Source: Candidatus Levybacteria bacterium RIFCSPLOWO2_02_FULL_37_18 | Lineage (GTDB): Bacteria > Patescibacteriota > Microgenomatia > Levybacterales > UBA12049 | Length of the DNA: 64,000 nt | Reading direction: 5' to 3' | Assembly: GCA_001784115.1 (NCBI GenBank) | Contig: MFPD01000019.1 | Coordinates: 30,244 to 94,243 of the forward strand | Part shown: positions 58,008 through 64,000 of the stretch, piece after piece | How the letters are laid out: each line of letters starts with the position of its first letter | Position numbering within the stretch: the stretch's first letter is position 1 | Made by a program: the position numbers and the translations under genes | Notes under the pieces: generated by a model | Told to the model about the DNA's origin: nothing | Seen by the model: only the letters and a program-made list of their open reading frames with translations | Database searches by the model: none

Positions 58008-58539
58008 AAATTCCCGGATATAACACTTTTAATCTGTTTTCTTCAATACCTAAAATTTCCATTGCGTCCTTTTTTGTTGCTTCTGAAATACAGAAAATCA
58101 TATCTGATTCTTTTTTTACCCATTGTAATTTTCTTTTTTGAACATCAACGATTTTCTTATCTGTTTCGTTGGGAAATTTATAAACAATAGTGTCATATAA
58201 AATAGTAGCTTTTTTTGCTTTTAAAACAGGCGGTTCTGTCCAGTCGGAAGAAATAAACAAATCTACATCTCCAATAAGCCACTCGATCGGAAAAATATGA
58301 AATTTGTTCCAAAGTATATCAAGAAAAGAAGGGGGTATCTTGAATTTTTTTATTTGAACATTATGATTTGATTGAAAATTGAAAATTGAAAATTGAAAAT
58401 TTCTTCTCATGCTTGAAAAAAATAATACGTATTCATTTTTTGTATCCAACTCAATTACGTTTTGAACCAAATTACGAAGATACTCCGAAACTCCTGTTTC
58501 TTCATAGGCTATTTGCGAAACATCAATTCCTATTTTCAT
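58006..58539 (-). CDS. GT4 N-terminal domain only
   Basis: MKIGIDVSQ..TGVSEY; ends at VLYPGI* with no C-terminal nucleotide-sugar-binding domain. Confidence 0.75.
   Translation of the reverse strand: MKIGIDVSQIAYEETGVSEYLRNLVQNVIELDTKNEYVLFFSSMRRNFQFSIFNFQSNHNVQIKKFKIPPSFLDILWNKFHIFPIEWLIGDVDLFISSDWTEPPVLKAKKATILYDTIVYKFPNETDKKIVDVQKRKLQWVKKESDMIFCISEATKKDAMEILGIEENRLKVLYPGI
58371..58401. repeat. (ATTGAAA)x4.4 inside the half-GT4
   Basis: Encodes NFQFSIFNFQ. Confidence 0.9.
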
Positions 58540-58763
58540 TTTTTTCGATAAAAGAATAGTTGTTGGATGATTGACAAGAGAAAAAAAGCTGCCGCGTACC
58601 AAACAAGACGTTCTGCGGTAAAAAATATCCATGAATAAAAAAGCGGCATTGAAAAAAATAAGGATAAAAGACCTAAAACCGTTACTAGTTCTACGTCTCT
58701 TTTTATTATCAATAATAAAAAAACAGCGAGAAATACTATATCCTGAGGCTTCATCTTATTCAC
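58536..58763 (-). CDS. Small membrane protein
   Basis: Hydrophobic 75 aa; overlaps its neighbours in operon fashion (ATGA overlap at 58536-58539). Confidence 0.65.
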   Translation of the reverse strand: MNKMKPQDIVFLAVFLLLIIKRDVELVTVLGLLSLFFSMPLFYSWIFFTAERLVWYAAAFFLLSIIQQLFFYRKK

Positions 58764-59682
58764 TGAAATATTTGAGATCGAATTTTTTTTCTTTTCTGCT
58801 TAAGAGATTAATCAGCAAATCTGCCAAAAATCCGGTGAAAAGAACTTGTAATCCGGTCAATACCAAAAGCATTCCCAAGAATAAGATTGGCCTGTTTCCT
58901 ATTCCCTGCCCTCCCAGCTTAATCATCGCAAGATATAAAAGAATTACCGAACCTACAAAAAATAAAAACCCTCCTATAACTCCAAAAAAGTGCAATGGTC
59001 TATCCCCATAATGAGACAAAAACAACATAGTAAATATATCCGGCAAATCTTTCCATAATTTTGAAAAACCGTATTTTGATTTCCCGAATTGTCGCTTGGA
59101 ATGCAAAACAGGTTCTTCAGTAACACGATAGGCTTGTTGATGAAGAAGCAACGGAATAAATCTATGCAATCCCCCATACAGGTTAAGTGATTTTGCCGCT
59201 TCTGATCTGTATACTTTTAAACCGCAATTATAGTCATGAAGACGCAACCCCCAAAATATCCTGGCTGATGCATTAAAAATTTTTGAAGAAATTACTTTTT
59301 TTACGGGATCTTTTCTATTTTTTCTCCATCCACAGACAACATCCCAACCTTTTTCTAACTTCTCCAGTAATTTTGGGATATCCTGCGGCTGATCTTGTAA
59401 GTCTGCGTCTAACGTTGCAATATATTCGCCTTTAGCTTTCTGAAAACCTAACGTAAGTGCTTCGGATTTGCCTAAGTTTCTTCGGAAGGAAAACACAATA
59501 ACATTTGTATCTTTTGAAGCTAACTCCTGAAGTTTTTTTAACGAAGAATCAGTCGATCCATCATCTGCAAAGATAATTTCATAATCTTGCAGATTTTTAA
59601 GAACGGAAATAAGCTCTTGATAGAGCTTTAAAATGCTTTCTTCCTCATTTAAGATTGGAATAACTACGCTAAGCACATTCAT
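58756..59682 (-). CDS. ArnC/GtrB-like polyprenol-phosphate glycosyltransferase
   Basis: NEEE, DDGSTD, DADLQD, DYNCGLK and LHRFIP motifs; two C-terminal TMs; start moved to ATG 59682. Confidence 0.9.
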   Translation of the reverse strand: MNVLSVVIPILNEEESILKLYQELISVLKNLQDYEIIFADDGSTDSSLKKLQELASKDTNVIVFSFRRNLGKSEALTLGFQKAKGEYIATLDADLQDQPQDIPKLLEKLEKGWDVVCGWRKNRKDPVKKVISSKIFNASARIFWGLRLHDYNCGLKVYRSEAAKSLNLYGGLHRFIPLLLHQQAYRVTEEPVLHSKRQFGKSKYGFSKLWKDLPDIFTMLFLSHYGDRPLHFFGVIGGFLFFVGSVILLYLAMIKLGGQGIGNRPILFLGMLLVLTGLQVLFTGFLADLLINLLSRKEKKFDLKYFSE

Positions 59683-59725
59683 TATATATTGTAACATTTC
59701 ATACTTAAGAAGCCAAATTGAAGAG

Positions 59726-61264
59726 CTAGCGAACCTCAAACACTGCTATCTTGCCGAATCGACGTGTTTGGTTAAGCCATGAAAGAGAGTCAAGCAAGTC
59801 TATGCTCTTTTGATATTTCATTTCGTCATATTTCCTGTCAGTAATAAATAGTTCCTTTTGTGAATCAAGGGGAACAATTACAAATATAATGTTGTTGTCA
59901 TTCATTATCTCTCTGCCTTTTCCCGAATTAAGCGAAAACAGTATCTTATCAAGATCATTCGTTTTAAATATATTTTCCGCTGAAATTGCTTCTATCTTTT
60001 TTGAGGAAAAGCCGTATCTCTGTCTTGCCGGAACCCATAATGTCTTAAATGAATCAGGTTGCGAAATAAGATAGTCTTTAAGCTCTACATATTCTTTCGG
60101 AACTGTATGCGTTACAAATGTTCCTCCGAGTCGATGGAAAACCGCTTGACGGATTGTAAAAATCCAAAAAATAATAAACAACAATGGCAATAACTGAATT
60201 TTTTGAATTTTAAGCTGTAATTTTGAATTCAACCAAGTTTGTATGGAATTAACCGTATAGGGAATTAAAATACTATAAGAAAGAACAGTTAATACGTACC
60301 ATTTAGTGGCATCGCGAAATAAGCTCATCCCGGGAATAGATGTAAACGCAAACGTGTTGATAAAAGAAAACGGCTCGGATGCCCCTTTTGCTAAAAACGC
60401 ACCCAGAATACCAAGTATTGAAACATATAACAGCATAATCTTTTTCTCTCGTTGTTCTTTATCAAGAAACAAAAGAGATGCGAAGGCAACAATAGGTATT
60501 ACGATAAACTCGGGTTGCAAAAAATATGCTTTCCCGAAAAGATTCTCCGGCCAGTTTGGATGCAGTAAGGCTATCGTATGAGAAAAGTCCGTAAAACTAT
60601 AAAATCGAAATCCTTCTAGGCTATCAAAGTTCTTAAGCGGAATGGTCGCCTTTCCAGTCAAAAAAGGAAATATCCAAAAACTGTTTATAGCTATCGAAGT
60701 TAAAATGCTAAAAAGAAGGGAAATAAGTTTTGTAATTTTTTTTAATACAAAAATGTAAGCCAAAATTGCCACCACAAGAATATAGGCAATTCTGGGATCA
60801 AACATTGTTAAAATTCCAAATGATATAGCAAAGGGAACTATTTCCCTACCATCCAGAAATAGTTTTAATACTAACGGTGCCAAAGCATACGCCAGAGCAA
60901 CCCCCATTTGTCCTCCACCGACTACCATTAATATATATGTGTTAGTTACATAGATTAAAACTCCAATCCACGAGCGTGTAAGACAGTAAGAAGAAACTAT
61001 TGAGACGAGTAAAAATGGCCAGAACCACAAGAGTCTTTCGGCAAACTCCCAGGGTATACCAAAGTATTGAACAAGGATTTTTGTCGGAATTTGATAATAT
61101 AATCCAAGCCATAAATTATGAACATCCGGGATAAAAGAAAATTCTTTAATATTTTCTAAAAATAAATAGGGAAAATCTCCGCTTGAAAGGGCAGAAAATG
61201 GTAAAAACCATGAAGAAAATATAAATCCGATATACGCAATAATTACAAGAATTCCATATCGCAT
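59726..61264 (-). CDS. Multi-TM GT-C-like membrane protein
   Basis: SGD near the N-terminus, FR..K motif (LFRDATKW), soluble C-terminal domain. Confidence 0.65.
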   Translation of the reverse strand: MRYGILVIIAYIGFIFSSWFLPFSALSSGDFPYLFLENIKEFSFIPDVHNLWLGLYYQIPTKILVQYFGIPWEFAERLLWFWPFLLVSIVSSYCLTRSWIGVLIYVTNTYILMVVGGGQMGVALAYALAPLVLKLFLDGREIVPFAISFGILTMFDPRIAYILVVAILAYIFVLKKITKLISLLFSILTSIAINSFWIFPFLTGKATIPLKNFDSLEGFRFYSFTDFSHTIALLHPNWPENLFGKAYFLQPEFIVIPIVAFASLLFLDKEQREKKIMLLYVSILGILGAFLAKGASEPFSFINTFAFTSIPGMSLFRDATKWYVLTVLSYSILIPYTVNSIQTWLNSKLQLKIQKIQLLPLLFIIFWIFTIRQAVFHRLGGTFVTHTVPKEYVELKDYLISQPDSFKTLWVPARQRYGFSSKKIEAISAENIFKTNDLDKILFSLNSGKGREIMNDNNIIFVIVPLDSQKELFITDRKYDEMKYQKSIDLLDSLSWLNQTRRFGKIAVFEVR

Positions 61265-61265
61265 A

Positions 61266-61580
61266 CTATTGACTTTCCCGAAGCGAGAATACCTTAACAA
61301 TAACTGCCGCCCATAACAAAAAGTAAATTACAATTCCAAAAAATTCTGCAAGATTTATAAAATTCAATAAAGTTAAAATGAGGGAAAAGATCAAAAGAAA
61401 AATGGAAACGTAGAGAATAGTTCTGCCTTTTTTTGGCGGAAATAAAAACAGAAATAAAAATATATAAACTAACCATATTTTGTTGGCGACTAAAATATTT
61501 AAATAGGGGGTTTCGCGAAAAAATAGTGATATGAGTAAAATAGATAAAATAAATACAGTTTTTGTGTTTGAAAGATGCAT
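61266..61580 (-). CDS. Small membrane protein
   Basis: Hydrophobic, four predicted TMs; start coupled to the upstream stop at 61580. Confidence 0.6.
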   Translation of the reverse strand: MHLSNTKTVFILSILLISLFFRETPYLNILVANKIWLVYIFLFLFLFPPKKGRTILYVSIFLLIFSLILTLLNFINLAEFFGIVIYFLLWAAVIVKVFSLRESQ

Positions 61581-64000
61581 TAATTTTTCCCTCCTTTTCT
61601 TGTAAACCAAATAAGTCCAATTATAGTTATTGCGCTAAAAAGCGTACCAAGCATGAAAACTTTTTGAGGTTTGTATTCCAAGCTTACAGAGTAAGATCCT
61701 TTTTTATTAATAAGCCATCCGTTTGCATACCCATTTATTCTAAGATGAGTATTATCAAATCCTGATAATTTCCACCCTTTGTCAAAACGTTCTGAAAATA
61801 TCACTACTGCAGCGTCAGAATAAGTGGCGAATGACACCCTGTATTTTGTTGGGTTAATTTTTTCAGCATGAATTTCTTTTACGATTTCCTGTTTTTTATT
61901 TTTCGTGTTAAGGGCAAAGGTCGGATATAAAATCTCATTAACTTTAAATTTCAATTTTCTATTTACCAAATCACCGGTAAGAACTTTAGAGCAAACCCCA
62001 ATTTCAATTCCTTTCGTTGCTGGCTGAGCCTTAATAAGTTCGCTAAACTCTTCATTGCTTAAGCCAGTCTTGAGTTTGACTATGTCAATAAGGTTTTTCT
62101 CCTTTTCTTTTATTTCCCAAGCGTAAAAATATAAATCTTCCGAAAAATCATTTGTGTAATTTATCAATACCCTATATGTTTTTTGCGACACTACACTTAT
62201 GAGTTTTCCGATAAAACATGTATTTTCAAGATTTATATTAAATTCAGTTTTACTTTCTTTCAGTTCCCCAAGATTATTAGGAAGTTGGGGGAAACTCAAC
62301 AGCAACTGATGCATACCACTAGATAGATGTAGTGTCCCAAATGAAAACCATTCGTTACCAATAATAGCCGGATTAATTTTTATTTCCTTTGTAGTTGTTC
62401 CGTCTATGTCTACAATAATTTTTTCATTTTCTTTTAAAACGGGCATTAGTTTATCTTTTTTTACCAACAGCTCAAAATCTTCTTCTTTCTTAATTGACAC
62501 CTGATACAAACGGTTGTTTGTAATATCAAGCTTAAAAAGATACCGGTCTATATTAGCAATTACGGATGCTATTCTCTGGAATGTCCTTCCAAAAATAGAT
62601 ATCGGCAGTCCGTTGGTTATATTTGTCCCAAGAATTGGAAGAATATAATTTTTTTGTGCTTCCATGTAGTAATTTATATCGTCTGCTACTTGAATTTTAT
62701 CTTCATATTTTTCAATACGATTAAAGTTGACTATAATATCTTTTAGCACTGCATCATACCGCGCAAATACCGCATCCGATTGCGATTTGTTATATTGCAA
62801 GGTATCTTTTAACTCACTAACTCTCTTTAATGAGATGCCTATACCGTTATAAACAGCAGTTTTTGGATCCATGGTTTTTATTTGTAAATTTTCTCTTAAA
62901 ACTACTAAGGGGTAAAATGGAGAATCTGGAAGAATGTTAAGCCTGGGAAACCTTACAACCGGTTTATTTTTATTTGGACAGTTAATGCATTTTGGAACAT
63001 AGAAATTACCAGACAGTTCGTTTGGGATTTCAATGGAATTTAAAATATTGCTATCACCGGCAATTAAAAAATTAGTATTATCAGAAAAATCATAATGATT
63101 AACAATATCCTTCACCGAACCGTCTAAAGAATCAATCTTTTCACTGACAAAAATTGGTCCCTTTAGATTTATGGTATTAATTTTGAATATATCCCACTGT
63201 CCTATCTGTTTTTCCAGGGGAAATTGAAACGTATCATGAAGTACTTTTCGATAAATCTGCTCGTCTGTAGAAATTGCCGAGTTTGAATCAGAATAAGAAT
63301 CATGCTGTAATACCAGATATTTTACTTGTAGGATTGATGAAAACTTTCGTAAAAGATGTTTATCTCCTGCCGCAATTGCCTTGTACAATTGAGTAATTAA
63401 TTCTCGTTCTTCGTCATTTATCCTATCGTTATTAACGATTACTGATTTGTTGCTTAGTAATGACGGTATAGATTGAAAGCTAAGATATCCCCATTTGTAC
63501 ATGCTTTGTTGGGATTCCGTGCTGTTGGGTGGCAACAGTAAAACCCTCCCATCATCTTGCTTTTCCTCATTAAGCCACTTCCCAAAATCAAATACATAAG
63601 AGGGTACATCCAAACGTGTAGAAAAATCCTTTCTCCAGGAGAAAAAATCTCCGGTAAAGAATGGAAAATGATAGAGTAACCCTACTATAATAAGGAGGAC
63701 AAATATAAACTTCTTAAGACTGCCCTTAAAAAAGTCGACAAAATATGCAATCAGAAAACTGCTTGCAAGAAATATTGTGGGCGCAAACTTAAAATATGGA
63801 CTTCGAAACGCAGCAGACCCCGGAATAATTCTCATAAATTGCTCGTATAAAAAACCCGTTGGCGGGTGAGTACCGGCGACAAAAAAAATGCCGATCAGGT
63901 AACATAAGAAGAAAAATAAAATTATCTGAAGTTTATCTCTTCTTTTATACAGAAGTACAACAATTCCAATAAGAATTGGCCACAAAAAACTAATGGCAAT
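61580..64000 (-). CDS. Large GT-C-like/YfhO-like membrane protein (5' part off window)
   Basis: FRSPYFKF, RVLLLP and C-terminal SERFDKGW..NGYANGW..Y.PQ plus TM. Confidence 0.7.
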   Translation of the reverse strand: MAISFLWPILIGIVVLLYKRRDKLQIILFFFLCYLIGIFFVAGTHPPTGFLYEQFMRIIPGSAAFRSPYFKFAPTIFLASSFLIAYFVDFFKGSLKKFIFVLLIIVGLLYHFPFFTGDFFSWRKDFSTRLDVPSYVFDFGKWLNEEKQDDGRVLLLPPNSTESQQSMYKWGYLSFQSIPSLLSNKSVIVNNDRINDEERELITQLYKAIAAGDKHLLRKFSSILQVKYLVLQHDSYSDSNSAISTDEQIYRKVLHDTFQFPLEKQIGQWDIFKINTINLKGPIFVSEKIDSLDGSVKDIVNHYDFSDNTNFLIAGDSNILNSIEIPNELSGNFYVPKCINCPNKNKPVVRFPRLNILPDSPFYPLVVLRENLQIKTMDPKTAVYNGIGISLKRVSELKDTLQYNKSQSDAVFARYDAVLKDIIVNFNRIEKYEDKIQVADDINYYMEAQKNYILPILGTNITNGLPISIFGRTFQRIASVIANIDRYLFKLDITNNRLYQVSIKKEEDFELLVKKDKLMPVLKENEKIIVDIDGTTTKEIKINPAIIGNEWFSFGTLHLSSGMHQLLLSFPQLPNNLGELKESKTEFNINLENTCFIGKLISVVSQKTYRVLINYTNDFSEDLYFYAWEIKEKEKNLIDIVKLKTGLSNEEFSELIKAQPATKGIEIGVCSKVLTGDLVNRKLKFKVNEILYPTFALNTKNKKQEIVKEIHAEKINPTKYRVSFATYSDAAVVIFSERFDKGWKLSGFDNTHLRINGYANGWLINKKGSYSVSLEYKPQKVFMLGTLFSAITIIGLIWFTRKGGKN

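Noticed and set aside
1-64000. Alternative genetic code (UGA=Gly), tRNA/rRNA genes, transposases
   Set aside because: Full-length genes end at TGA as expected; no RNA-gene or transposase signatures were seen by eye

Overview
AT-rich bacterial chromosomal window, almost entirely minus-strand, using the standard genetic code (TGA is a stop). Gene content (DUF4012 protein, alpha2-type GlyRS, TM-extended MurF, FemABX plus DegT in the dcw cluster, large GT-C membrane proteins) suggests Patescibacteria/CPR, Microgenomates-like; this is inference only. There are three blocks: (1) 1-23.1 kb, an expanded dcw/peptidoglycan cluster (mraZ-rsmH-ftsL-ftsI ... murE-pgeF-murC-murB-murA-split glmU-HAD-glmS-hydrolase-murF-DegT-femABX-mraY-ftsW-murG) interrupted by a 3-gene plus-strand cassette; (2) 29-44.8 kb, a complete shikimate/Phe/Tyr operon plus a complete trpEGDCFBA operon; (3) 44.9-64 kb, a surface-glycan cluster. 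Signals missed by the ORF track: a Trp T-box riboswitch with an ultrashort Stem I (UGG specifier in an 8-nt terminal loop) and an intrinsic terminator ahead of trpE; a 21-codon YFWFYF attenuator leader ahead of the aro operon; 14 loci of GTCAT-footed palindromic (REP/RPE-like) elements that nest inside one another, insert in frame into proteins, form the AroA-AroK fusion linker and supply stop codons; and heptamer tandem repeats inserted in frame in many enzymes. No CRISPR array, tRNA, rRNA or transposase was seen.
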